This document shows positions 37,620 through 50,775 of a stretch of 64,000 nucleotides of DNA, one piece after another. The translations under genes and the position numbers were made by a program. Each line of letters begins with the position of its first letter. The first letter of the stretch is position 1. The stretch is from Octopus sinensis (taxonomy: Eukaryota), in contig NC_043009.1 of assembly GCF_006345805.1 (NCBI RefSeq), positions 65,968,001 through 66,032,000 of the forward strand, written 5' to 3'. The notes beneath the pieces are model-generated. The model was not told where the DNA came from, searched no databases, and saw only the letters and a program-made list of their open reading frames with translations.

Positions 37620-38290
37620 GAAACATTTCCTCATTGCCAAACATGATTACATAGATGAGTGGAAAGAAAGGGTATTGCTTGCAAAGGAGACATACTCAGA
37701 CAAATAAAGGCTTACATCAACCCAACTTTCATCTCAAGAATCATCATAAGTAATAAAAGAAGGGGTTTACAGTTAAGATCTGAAGACAAAACAGCAGTCA
37801 TCAGAGGAAAAGGGTTCTTAGTCACCAAGACCAGAGAAAGGACTACAGGTTCAAAGGGCAACAAAAAAAGCTGTTCATCGTTTTACAATATGAAAGACAT
37901 TGTTCACCAAGAATTTGTTCCTACCAGCAGCATAGTCATTTCTGGTTTTTACATTTGTGGTATCTGAAGGAATATCTATGGAATCCACCACCAGAAGTCT
38001 GGGACATCTTAATATAGAACACATTCTGTCAGGTCAAAGTAATTTTTGAAAATTGCTCTTGTACAATGCCATATTTTTGCCTGATTATTCATATGTTTAT
38101 ATCATACCAAACATTTGCCAATTCTGCCATGGGTTTCCCTGCATTTGCCAAAATGAAACAAGATGAAGAGGTTTCACTTTCAGACAGCAGAGGAAATTCA
38201 AATGTACTTCAAGATAGAACTGAATGGTCTTCAAGAAGATGATTCCTCTTCCACTACATTTGAAGAGTGAAACATAAACCAGGAATGCTG
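37620..38290 (+). pseudogene. Mariner transposase relic (catalytic-domain region)
   Basis: Across frameshifts: NPTFISRII, xETKQQSS, SPRPEK, DIVHQEFVP, FAKMK and FQTAEEIQ..ELNGLQEDD, matching the mariner ITGDETW..YDPETKQQS..SPRPKK..GIVH.EFVP pattern. Confidence 0.8.
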
Positions 38291-38354
38291 GGTACAAGTT
38301 CCCAACAGCTTTACACTATACACACACTCACACACACACACACACACACACATA

Positions 38355-38409
<55 letters not shown>

Positions 38410-38410
<1 letters not shown>

Positions 38411-38755
38411 TATAGGGAGAGTTTACGAAAAAAACAAAAGATGAAGACAGGTGATGTAGACAACAAACAGATGTATTAGTATAACGCTCAGGAATAGAAA
38501 AAGTCTTTTACATTTCGAGCCTACGCTCTTCTACAGAAAGGGACACAGAAAAAACAAGGAGAGAAACAAGGAGAGAAAAAAATGTGTGTAGTGGCTAACG
38601 ATCTATCATGACGACTGCCAGACAGAATGGTCACACACGAGAGGGAAGAAGTAGGGGAGATAACAAAGTAAAGATGACCCCCAACACGAAAGTGCATGTG
38701 TGTATAAGAGAGTATGTATGTGCGTGTGAAAGAGGGCTGGTGGTCTGGACATACA
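38410..38755 (-). mobile_element. Family I short element, full about 345 bp, between TA/CA tracts
   Basis: Joins the halves seen separately at 37445-37602 and 4470-4655; contains CTTTCTGTAGAAGAGCGTAGGCTCGAAATGTAAAAG. Confidence 0.75.
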
Positions 38756-39059
38756 TATATATACACACAAACACATATACATGTGTCTACATAGAAATAT
38801 ATATATATATATACATAGACACATATATATACATACATACACACACATATATATATATGCATACATATATACTTGCATATACATAGATATACACACATAC
38901 ATACACATATACATATATATTCATATGTACATATATATATAATTATTTTTATACATATACATCATCATCATCGTTTAACGTCCGCTTTCCATGCTAGCAT
39001 GGGTTGAATACATATACATGTGTACATACATAAATATATTTATGTACATATACATATAA

Positions 39060-39093
<34 letters not shown>

Positions 39094-40090
39094 GCATATA
39101 AATATATACACAAATACATATATGCATACATATATATATATATTCAAATACATACCTACTGATATAAAAAATATATTTACACACACATGTATATATATAC
39201 ACACACATATACATCCTTACACACACACACATGCACACACATGTACGCACACACAGACACACATACAGACACACACTCACACACACACAATTCCCTGATA
39301 ACTCAGTGAGCAGCTAAACTAATGACATTAATAATAACAATGTAGATAAAGTTATTTGATTCGATTGGATTTCTCTCTATTATTAATATATTTTCTCATG
39401 TCCAAGTAAAACTATCATTAGACATCTTGTAATAATACCAGAATACCATTCTTTGGTAATTTATTCCACTGTTCAGTCAATAGTTCCAGTGTGTCAGAGA
39501 AAAATGGTGAAGTATCTTAGAGTGTAGGTTTAGAATGGAAGAGTTGTGCTGCGGAATAGTGGTGCCCGATGGTGGCGCTGGTGGTGGTAGTGGTGGTGCC
39601 GGCGGCGGTGGATGTATTGGAAAGATTTGACATAAAACATAATTTGGAATGGTATCACTCCAGCCCTACCATATTTTCGGAATATATACATATTATATAT
39701 ATATATGTGTGTGTGTATATATGTATATGTGTGTGTGTCTATATATATTATCCTCATCATCATATATACATATACATATATATGTATATATCATACACAG
39801 GTGTGTGCATATATGTAAGTATACATATATGCAACCATACAAACACACACATTTACATATATGTATATATGTATGTATAAGTATGTGTGTATATATGTAC
39901 ATATGTGCACATTAATGTTAATAGATTACTACCATATATATTTCATACATACATAAATACTTACATACAGATAGAAATACACATGTACATACATACACTC
40001 ACACAAATATATATAAAAATGTAATAAATTGCTACTCTCTCTCCCTCTAGATGTATATATACATATATATATGTATATATAAATGTATAT

Positions 40091-40125
<35 letters not shown>

Positions 40126-40478
40126 AATGTATATACACACACATATATATATACACATACATACACTCACACACATATACACACACATATATAATATATA
40201 TATATATATATATGAGAGAGAAGGGAGAGAGAGGTGTAATAAATTGTTACTCTCTTTTTGTCTTCGTATATATATATATATAATATATATATATATACAC
40301 ACAAACATATACATTTTTAAGTATACATAATATAGATTATATATAAAGATTAATTGCTTAAAAGTAGGAAATGGGGGTTGGAGGGGGGGATAAAAAGATA
40401 GTTAAAAAAAACACCCAAACAGCAAGAACAAAAATACATGTTTAAAAAATAAGTAAAGCAAATTATAGAAGTAATAAT

Positions 40479-40542
<64 letters not shown>

Positions 40543-40558
40543 GGAGAGAGAGAGAGAC
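38755..40558. repeat. TA/CA microsatellite field with a unique island (39300-39680) and (GA)n at 40478-40558
   Basis: Directly visible; 48-bp family A tail at about 38960-39008. Confidence 0.9.
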
Positions 40559-41594
40559 AGTGTTAATTAAAATGTAGACAGTATGTATTTTTGTCAATAG
40601 ACTTATTCCGAAGCAATTATATCTTCGTCAATGACACAGAATCCGCCTATTCAGCAAGTCTATTCTTCATTTTGATTCTCAAGTAGAAACACACAGAAAT
40701 ATGATGGGCTGAAGGTGTTTGACCTTATAAAATGTTTGACCTTTCATAATAGTCACTTTGAATTGTCTTGTATGAAGTCGTCTCATTGAAATTATCACAA
40801 CAATCAATGGAAACTTAAATGGAAATGGCTGAATGTTGCAGAGGACGACATTGTTGTGATAAATTTCATCGAGAAGTCTTCGTTTAAGAACCAGGGAATT
40901 CCACATCTCTTTCTCTTGGCTGTTTCTTTTGTGTTCCTGAAATGGCATGGAAGTACATCTACCTGTATTTTTTCTTTTTGCACTGATATAGAGTGTCGCG
41001 GGGTGGGATCCTTGAGATTGTTGTTTTTGCTTATTACTGTACCCTTATCTGAAAAAAGTGGGTTCCTGCCTACAGCCCTCCTTTATAGGACCAGAGAATA
41101 TGATTATTGTTTTGTTTTTTATTCTTTAGCCTCAGATCTGCTTTGATCTGGATCAAGAAAGCCTAAAATGAAAAGTGGTTCATCTCCTGCTATCCATCCT
41201 CTTCACTACCAAGTGTCCTCTTCATGTATTTGAGATGGCAAAGTGTGACGGTCAGGATGTATGCACATGCATATACAAGAAGACCCTTTAGTCTTGCTGA
41301 GAACATAACTTTTCTAGTGCTAGTGCCATGGTAAAATGTATACAGTACATTTCTGGTAAAGTACCTGCTGTTAGGAAGGGCATCTGGCGAAAGAAACCAT
41401 GCCAAAATGAAACCAATGAATGGGATGTAGCCCTCAAAACTATATACAAGGGCAGTCACTCTGAATAAGAATTGACCCAAACGATGCCAGTCTGTTCTTG
41501 CCATCTTGGAAAGCAAACACAGAAGGCATGGAATGAGAGTGATAGGTTGCAGAATGAGGAAAGTGCATGGGGGGAAAAAATGGTCACAAATGGC

Positions 41595-42790
41595 TAAGCC
41601 TAAAGGACCAGCTCATTGATTTGATAATCATATGGTGAAAATGGCTATTAAAAAAAAAACCGAATGTTTGGAGAGCAGTTGGGATATCAGAGACAGCTGC
41701 TGAAATGCTGAGAAATATCCAGGTGAAGTTAGAGATGCACTGGTCACTTGTGTAGTGAATCATGTGTTGAGTGGGGTGCAATACTCAATGGGTAGAATTG
41801 GAGTATGATTGTCAACAGCTAAAATGGTAAAGAAAGAAGCTGCTTTAAAAAAAAAAGCAGCAACAGGAGCAGCAAATTGAAATAATTAACGAGAGAATTA
41901 GCAGAGATGAATTACAATACCGCTAGTGTTTTCTTCCAACTAAGACATCTACAGATATTCTCAGCTAAGAACAAGCCATTACATTTAGCATTCATTAACC
42001 TTGAGAAGGCTTTTAACAGAATACAACACCCGATAGTCTAATGTTTCTAAAAGGAAAAAACTAAAAGTGAGATGAATGGCTAAGCAAAATCATGCAAACC
42101 ATTGGCTGTGATGCCCTCAACAAGTGTTAGTAGTTAGGTTGGTGAGAAATTAAATGTGCAGCTGTTAGTATAGGTTGTTCATAGGAACTTCAGTATATCA
42201 ATGATTTTAGTTCTCATCACTAAATTGACCGAGTTCTTACGGCTGAATCTGATGAATAATTGGTGAAAAAATTCTAAAACTAGAAACAAGACCTAGAATC
42301 AAGAAACCTCAAAGATGAAAGTTGTCAAGGAGGTTTTGCGAAAACCTCCATGAGGACCAAAACCAAACAATTCACCAGCTGTCTCACATGACTGAAGTCT
42401 GCCAAGAAAACCATCATCATTTTACATCCACTTTTTCATGCTTACATGAGGCTGATGGAATTCATTGAGGCAAATTTTCTACAGTAGGATGCCCTTCTTG
42501 GTGCCAACTGTCCACCAAGACAAAAGTTTTAGTCAGGAATAAAAAAGGAACACAAGACTTAACTATCATTTGAGAAGTGGGCATGCTTGGAAAGGAAGAA
42601 CGAGAAATTCCATTTGGTGTATTCAATATATTCTATGGGGGCAAAAGAGATTTATTTGGATCAGAGGCAGGGTAACGAAGAAGAAAGAATTTGGGTAGTT
42701 AATAGGAAGGGTACCTATGAAATTAATTCCTAAAAATGTCATGGAAGGCTCTTTAAAATTAGAACTGGAATTTTAAATGGTAAGGAACTC
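41595..42790 (+). pseudogene. RTE reverse transcriptase relic, interrupted at about 42321-42505
   Basis: KGPA..MVKMAIK, AAEMLR, KNKPLHLAFINLEKAFNRI, TKTKVLV and RNSIWCIQYILWGQKR; many stops and frameshifts. Confidence 0.8.
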
Positions 42791-43964
42791 TTAAGGAGCT
42801 GAGCAGCAGAAGGTCTTCAGAATAGAAACCTCTTCTTTAGGCAGTGTTTTGGCCCTTAACTTCTTACACTCTAAGAGGGTCCAGGGTTGCATCCATCTCG
42901 TGACTCTTGGTGACCTTCTGCTGACACATTTTAGCCGCTTGAATATCGGAGACTTGTGCATTTAATCAAACTGGGACTCCACTCCGTTTAGAAAAGAAAT
43001 AAACTAGCACTCCACTGGTTACGACAACAAGGGTTCCAGTTGATCTGATTAATGGAACACTGAAGAAGACATTGGAGGACATTGAAAAAAATTATCTTCG
43101 GATTTTTAACCCCCTCACAAAGGTCATGACAAGGAGCCACAATAAGTGGCAAGATTTTGCGTTGGAAGAACATGTCCAACCCATGACAGGCAGGAAAAAC
43201 TTGCATAAAATGATAATGAGGAAAGAGGAGGATGTATCCAAACTGAGATTTTGGTAATATCAAGTAAACTGCACTCTGATCTTTCATGTGTATATTTTAT
43301 ATATGTGTATATATGTGCTTATATGTGTGTGGGTGTAAGATATGTTAGTCCATGCATGTGTGTGTGTGTGTGTATTTATAAATATGTTAGCATTTAAATG
43401 TCATCCATCATGTGACGTGCATCATTTTTTTTTTTCTTTCCTCTTCCATTTGGATATAGACCAAGTGTTCTACTTGTCATTCTTACCGTTTCTGCTGTTG
43501 TTTTTATACTAACAGTTATTGAATTATTGATGTTGCTCTTGTTGTTCTTGTCATCTTGTTGACATTGATGTTGTAATGGATGTTGACGTCGTTGGAAGCT
43601 GACTGTTGTCAGTGTGTGTGTTTTTTCCTTTTCTTTTTTTTTTTTTTTGTTTGTTTTTCTTGTTGGTGCTGCTGATCATGACCATAACCATTTTTGATCA
43701 TACAGACATCATTATGATAAAAGAAACACTTGCCAGAATCACTCTGTCTTGTTCGGATAATAGTATATCCAGGTCTACATCATCTAATATGGCCTTTGTC
43801 TTTTAAGATGTAAGAGATCTGGCAGCTGCTATTTCTAGCTGACTGGGCAACTACATAGAAGCCTTCCCTGTAATCTCCTTGTAGCTGTTTAGCTCAATAA
43901 TCCTACCTAATTTAGCCAGGGACATTAACAGGGGTCCAAATCTTCACTAAGGTCCCAGACTCTG

Positions 43965-44590
43965 TGGATTTAGTTGATGGAAACTGAAAGAAGCCTGTAA
44001 TATATGTATGTATGTGTGAGAATATCATGGCCGATGTCAGTACCGCCTGACTGGCACCTGTGCTGGTGGCATGTAAAAAGCACCATTCAAGTGTGGTCGT
44101 TGCCATTGTCACCTGACTGACTCCCATGCCGATGGCATGTAAAAAGTTCCATTCGAGTGTGGTTGATGCCAGTCCCTCCGGACTGGCCCTCGTGCTGGTT
44201 TCATGTAAAAAAGCACCCACTACACTCTTGGAGTGGTTGTCATTAGGAAGGGCATCCAGTTGTAGAAACCTTGCCAGATCAGATTGGGAGACTGATGCAG
44301 CCTTCTGGCTTGCCAGACTTCGGTCAAACTGTTCAACCCATGCCAGCATGGAAAGTAGACATTAAATGATGATGATAATAATGATGATGTTGACACATAA
44401 GTGTGTGTGTGTGTGTGCGTCTTTGTGTTCATGTCTGTCCCCCAATTGCTTATCAGACGTTAGCTTCTTTACATCCCTTTAACTTAGAGGTTCAACAAGA
44501 GAGACCAATAAAATAAGTACTTGAGTGTATTTGTCCAACTAAAAACCTTCAGAATGGTGCCCCAGTATGGCCACTGTCCAGTGGCTGAAA
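43965..44590 (+). mobile_element. Family B SINE interrupted in its internal microsatellite by a family A RTE 3' end (44020-44390)
   Basis: GATGGAAACTGAAAGAAGCC before the insert and TAACTTAGAGGTTCA..GAGACCAAT after it; the insert has four modules and a GAT tail. Confidence 0.75.
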
Positions 44591-44757
44591 CAAATACGGG
44601 TTAAAAGATAAGCTTTGATAGGAGCCACACTTGGCTGCTTTTGTTAGCAGATCAAGAGAGCACAAATAAGGACCCATTACACAGTACTCGTAGCAGTCAT
44701 GTGACTGTAAAGGCATCACTTCATTGATAACATTGTATTCATTGCTTTGATAGAGCA

Positions 44758-45485
44758 ATCATCATCATCATCATCACCATCATATAACATCTGTTTTCCA
44801 TGCTGGCATCGGTTGGATGGCTTGACAGGAGCTGGCAAGGCTGGAGAGCTGCACCAAGTTTCCTTGTCTCTTTTGGCATGGTTTCTATGGCTGGAGGCCC
44901 TTCCTAATGCCAACCACTTTGCAGAGTGTACCAGGTGTGTTTTATGTGGCACCATATTATATATATCTATGCCTTTATTGCCCACAGGGGGCTAAACATA
45001 GAGGGGACAAACAAGAACAGACAAAGGGATTAAGTCGATTACACTGACCCCAGCACATAACTGGTACTTATTTAATCGACCCCGAAAGGATGAAAGGCAA
45101 AGTCAACCTCAGCAGAATTTGAACTCAGAACGTAACGGCAGATGAAATACCACCAAACATTTCGCCCAGCGTGCTAACGATTCCGCCAACTCACCGCCTT
45201 GTTATATATCATGATCATCATCATCATTTAGCATCCGTTGTCCATGCTGGCATGGGTTGGACGGTTTGACCAGGGCTGGTAAACTGAAGGGTTGCACCAG
45301 GCTCCAGTCTGATTTGGCATGGTTTTCTATGGCTGGATGCCCTTCCTAACGCCAACCACTCCGGGAGTGTATCGAGAGCTTTTACATGCCACTGGCACAT
45401 GTGCCATTTGCGTGACACCAGTATCTGCTGTGATTACGATTTCAGTTGGCCTGAGGGGTCTTCTTCTCGAGCACATCACAGACAC
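44758..45485 (-). mobile_element. Cluster: family A (44758-44952), family C SINE (44972-45200), family A (45213-45485)
   Basis: Diagnostic cores, all on the minus strand. Confidence 0.85.
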
Positions 45486-45899
45486 ACACACATCTGTGAC
45501 AAGCTTCCGCCTACATTCTGCATTCCACTTTTTATTCAAACAGCATTGACCAGTCCAAGGCTGTAGAAGACACTTATGATTCCATAGAGTGGGAATGAAC
45601 TTGAAACGATGCGGTCGCAAATGGGGAATCATGCAGCAATCCCTGCATTGTTTATCTTACAAACATTCAACAACTGCGCAGGTCTCACTAGTCTCTGGGA
45701 CAGCCTAATGATGACCATGATGCTGAGAAAGCGGATGAGGATGATGAGGATGGTGCAATACTCATTGTATCAACAGATGCATAAAAGAAAACATGATCAA
45801 TACAACAATAAAGGTGATAATGATGGTGGTGGTGGTGGTGGTGGTGGTGGCGGTGATTAAAAATTAATTATTTTCTCATTATTGTATAGAGACAGAGAT

Positions 45900-46270
45900 A
45901 GAGAGTAGCAAATGAGGGGAGTTTGAGGAAAGGGGTGAGAGAGTGAGGAGGAAGCAGAATGAAGAGCAAATAGAGAGGGGGAGAGAGAGAAGCAAGGAGA
46001 GATAGGACATGGAGAGAGGGAGAGAAGCAAGGTGAGAGAGAGGGGCAAGGAGAGAGAGAGGAGCAAGGAGAGAGAGAGAAGAGCAAAGAGAGAGAGAGGA
46101 GCAAGGAGAGAGAGAGATATGAAAAAGGAGAGAGAGAGGAGCAAGGAGTTAGAGATGAGCAAAGAGAGAGAGAGAGGAGCAAGGAGAGAGAAAGAGGAGC
46201 AAGGAGAGAAAGATATGAGCAAGGAGAGAAAGATATGAGCAAGGAGAGAGAGAGAGGAGCAAGGAGAATG
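45900..46270. repeat. GA-rich minisatellite built from GAGCAAGGAGAGAGAGAG units
   Basis: Directly visible. Confidence 0.9.
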
Positions 46271-46462
46271 AGGTGAAGTTGTTAAACCTGAACTGTAATT
46301 AACATTTCCCTAATTATCCCAGATTTACATATCATTATGGATATGCTATCTTCATCTCTTTACAGCTGATGTTGTTATTGCAGTTATTTAGCCCAAGGTC
46401 AATAGAGCCATATGATTGATGATCAAAGGCATACCAGCCATGTCCATCCTGTCTTCTTATGT

Positions 46463-46795
46463 CAACTGTATTCTTTTACTTGTTTCAGTCATTTGACTGC
46501 GGCCACGCTGGAGCACTGCTTTTAGTCGAGCAAATCGAACCCAGGACTTATTTTTTGTAAGCCTAGTACTTATTCTATTGGTTTCTTTTGCCGAATCGCT
46601 AAGTTACGTGGACATAAACACACCAGCATCAGTTGTCAAGCGATGTTAGGGGGACAAACACACACACACAACAGGCTTCTTTCAGTTTCCGTCTACCAAA
46701 TCCACTCACAAGGCTTTGGTCGGCCTGAGGCTATAGTAGAAACACTTGCCCAAGGTGTCATGCAGTGGGACTGAACCCAGAACCATTTGGTTGGT
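46463..46795 (-). mobile_element. Family B SINE
   Basis: Near-consensus; 5' few bases missing. Confidence 0.88.
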
Positions 46796-47020
46796 AATAT
46801 GTATTAATGACTAAATTATGCATTATATTTATGACCCATTTTTTTTAACAGTCCTTTAGAGTGTACGTGATATGAGATAGTCTGCTATTATTTCTAGCAA
46901 TTGAAAGGACCACACTGAAACTTCCTTGCTGTTTTTGTTTTTGTTGTAAATTCATTAAAGATGTTCTAGTTTAAGTACCAGCTATTATGATCAGAGAAAA
47001 CAAACATATATATATATATA

Positions 47021-47062
<42 letters not shown>

Positions 47063-48317
47063 TGAACTGGAAAGGTCGAATTCTGTTTTCAGACACCTGA
47101 CCTCTGACCTTTTGTTCAGATGTAATTAAGTGCAAAAGATTTCAGTGTCTTTATATCATATCTCTTTTTGTTTTTTTATGATTGACAGAGGGGGGGGGTG
47201 AAGAGAGAGAAGACATGTAGAGGGGGGGATGAAGAGAGAGAAGACATGGATAGGGGGAAGGAGATGAGAGGGAGGGAAAGAGAGGGGGGAGGTGAGAGGA
47301 GTTGCTTCTTTGACAGACAAAAAAATATACTGAAAAGCAAACCCATCCAACCTACACAGAGATGTCAAAAGTACAACACAAACAACTGATGATCACGGTG
47401 ATGATGATGATAATCATCATCATCATCTTCATCATAATTACAGTGATGGAGGTGATGATGGGGAGGCTGCAATGAGATAACATTGATAAACATTGATAAT
47501 GATGATGATGATAATAATAATGAAGTTGATGAGGAATATAATCAAGACAATGAAGAGGAGGTGGCAGAAGTGTTGGCAATAATTATGATCAGGATAATGC
47601 TGATGATGATGATGATGATGGTAGTACTGAATATAGTAGTGGTAATGATGATGATTATGATGACAACACATAACATCATGAAAACATAATTAAGACAATG
47701 ATAGTTATGATGATGATGATGATAATGGTGGTGGTGGTGGTAATTATAATGATGAAGTGAGTGCATAAAATGGTGCAGATGATGGGGGTGATGATGATGA
47801 TGATGATGACGACAGTGGTGGTGGTCATGGTAGTGATGGTGTATTTTTCCTCCTAGACTATTGATTATAAATAAAGACCTGGAGTGACTGGTTTCACGGG
47901 ACAGCAGACACAGTGTGGCGTGACACACACACCACACACACACACACCAAACACACACCAAGCTCAATCCAAATCTCACAAAAACTGACTCACAACTGAA
48001 TCACACAAAGTTAACCCTTACTTCATCTTGATTGTTGTTGTTATTGTTGGTTTAGCCCTAGGTTAGCTTTATTTGATCGACTAAAGGTGGTGCTCCAGCA
48101 TGGCCGTAGTCAAATGACTGAAACAATTAAAGAATTAAAGAATATCCATTAGTCTGTAAATATGCCACTGTTCACCTTGAAACAATTCCCATAAAGATCT
48201 TGTCTTCCACACTCAACAAGGAGATTGGTCTGAACCCTTTTATAGTCTCTGCAGTGGCCCCCTTCTGCCTCTCCCCAATTCTCTACTAGAGTCTCTTCAT
48301 ATGTATGTATGTATAAA

Positions 48318-48455
48318 TGCCAAGTGGTAAGAAGCTTTCTTGCCAACCACATGGTTCTGGGTTCAGTCCCACCGCAAAGCACCTTGGGCAAGTGCCTTGC
48401 AGTGTCAAGCTGATCAAAGCCTTTGGTAGATGGAAACTGAAAAAAGCCTCTTATA

Positions 48456-48488
<33 letters not shown>

Positions 48489-48672
48489 TTTGTGCCAGTG
48501 TTTGTCAACCTATGTTGGTTTGTTTATATCCCGGTAACTTAGCAGTTCAGCCAAAGAGTACCAGGCTTAAAAACAATTAAGTACTAGGGTCTCGATTTGA
48601 TCAACTAAAATTCTCCCAGGCAGTGCTGCCCCCTAGCATGGTCACAGTGTAATGACTGAAAAGAATAAAAAG
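48318..48672 (+). mobile_element. Family B SINE
   Basis: CCAACCACATGGTTCTGGGTTCAGTCCC head, internal (TG)n, 3' block. Confidence 0.8.
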
Positions 48673-48829
48673 AATGTCTGGTCATGGGAAGGGGAAATAT
48701 TACCTTATTTGGAAACAGGTGAGGAGTGGCGACAGGGGGAGCATCTGGGCACAGATAATTCTCCTCAAACAATTTCTCTCCAACCAATGCAAACTTGGGA
48801 AAGTGGACATGAACAACTGAGGACGGACG

Positions 48830-49135
48830 ACGAAGACGACAATGGTGATGATGATGACAATGATGATGATGATGACAAAGAAGATGATGATGATGACAAT
48901 GATGGTGAATGATGATGGTGATGATGATGATGACGATGATGGTGATGATGACGATCACAATGATGGTGATGATGATGATGGTGATGGTGATGATGATGAC
49001 AATGATAGTGATGATGGTGATGGTAATGATGATGACGATGATGGTAATGATGATGATGATGGTGATGATGATGATGGTGATGACAATGATGATGACGATG
49101 ATTATGATGACGATGATTATGATGATTATTATTGT
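48830..49135. repeat. (GAT/GGT/GAC)n expansion contiguous with a family A3 tail
   Basis: Follows CCAACCAATGCAAACTTGGGAAAGTGGAC; source of the poly-Asp ORF. Confidence 0.9.
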
Positions 49136-49774
49136 CATATAAAACAGAAGAAAGAGTGGAGGAGAGATATAGCAGAGTTGTAATGTAAGACTAAGTGAAG
49201 GTTTAACAATCAGTTCAGAGTTGTTGTTGCTGTTGTTGTTGTTGCTTGTTGTTGTAGTTGTTTGGTCAGTGATGAAGCAAGCCTCTGGTCAAAGGTTACG
49301 GCCAGTGTTAGGACGATGTCAGAAACCTATTGAAGAATAAAATGATAAAAAAAAATGTCCATTCTTTTATTTCTTTCATATTATGGATTTTTTGGGGAGG
49401 ATTATGAGAGAACTAAGAATCTGAAGAATATGGCTTGTGTGGTTGCCAAACGGTTCAGTTGTCTGTGTTCTAATTTCAAGATTTTGTCTGGTTTCTTAAT
49501 TGGAAAAGAAACCCTTTTAATTCAAGAAACTAAGTTCTACTTTGATAAATTCTTCTGTTGTAGTCGAACAAGGGAAATAATTCCGATGGAGTCTCAGTTT
49601 GCTAGAAATAGTGCCATCATCATCGACATCGTTTAACGTCTCCCTTCCATGCTGGCATCAGTTGGACAGGTTAACAGGAGCCGGCACCATGATTCTGTTT
49701 TGACAGTTTTTTGTTCCTGTTTTTTTACGGCTGGATGCCCTTCCTAACACCAACCACTCTGCTGTGGTTGGTGT

Positions 49775-49994
49775 TAGAAAGAAAGAAAGAAAGGAGGAAA
49801 GGAAGGAAGAAGGAGGGCGAAAGAAAGGAAGAGAAAGAAAAAGGAGGAAAGAAGGGCGAAAGAAGGAAGCAAAGAAAGGAATAAGAAGGAGGAAGAAAGA
49901 AGAGAAGGAAAGAAGGAAAGAAAGAAAGAAAAAGAAGGTAAGTGAGGAAGGGAAGGGAAAAGGGAGAAGAAGGAAGGAAGGAGGAAAGAAGAAA

Positions 49995-50034
<40 letters not shown>

Positions 50035-50095
50035 GAGGAAGACCGAAAGGAAGAAAGGAAGGAAGGGAGGGGAGAAGGAAGGAAGGAAAAAGAGT
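49775..50095. repeat. (GAAA)/(GGAA) polypurine tract abutting a truncated family A copy (49615-49770, -)
   Basis: Directly visible. Confidence 0.9.
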
Positions 50096-50377
50096 CAAGA
50101 GACAAGAGATAAACGTGGACATAAAAAGAGACAGAAAGGTCATGGCTGGAACACCTTTGATCTTCTGTCTCTCCTCTGTGAGCATTGATCTGGAGTTAAA
50201 CAACATCAGTTGGTCAGTTCATCCACACTGGTGTTCCAATCTGCAGCTATTTTGAGCAGGGGCAGAAACAGTGTCTTGACAATGATGAAGATGTGAATCA
50301 AAGCACAGAGTTGCAGTTTTTATCTCGGCCAATAAATATAAGGAATCTTTCGTGTTGGGGTTTTGGTGGGAATTCAA

Positions 50378-50775
50378 GCTTGCCTACCAACCACATGGTT
50401 CTGGGTTCAGTGCTACTGCAAGTGTCTTCTACTATAGCCTTGGGCTACCCAAAACCTTGTTAGTAGATTTGGTAGATGGAAACAGAAAGAAGCTCATCAT
50501 ATATATGTATGTATGTATGTATGTGTATGTATGTATGTGTGTATATATATATGTATGTATATGTGCACGTGTGTATGTATGTTTGTGTGTCTGTGCTTGT
50601 CCCCCAACAGCACCTGACAACTAATGCTGGTATGTCCCCGTAACTTAGCAGCTTGGCAAAAGAGACCAATAGAATAAGTACTAGGCTTACAAAGAATAAG
50701 TCCTGGGGTCGATTTGCTCGAGTAAAGGCGGTGCTCCAGCATGACCACAGTCAAATGATTGAAACAAATAAAAGA
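50378..50775 (+). mobile_element. Family B SINE
   Basis: Diagnostic blocks; 3' AAGAATAAGTCCTGGGGTCGATTTGCTCG. Confidence 0.85.

Noticed and set aside
40963-41048. 86-nt minus-strand exon (KGTVISKNNNLKDPTPRHSISVQKEKIQ)
   Set aside because: The splice sites are plausible, but one open frame at this length is expected by chance and the peptide is unrecognisable.
48842-49183. Poly-Asp/Met ORFs here and at 11951-12362 and 63176-63555 (could suggest acidic biomineral proteins)
   Set aside because: They are (GAT)n expansions, two of them contiguous with LINE tails, and all frames are open.
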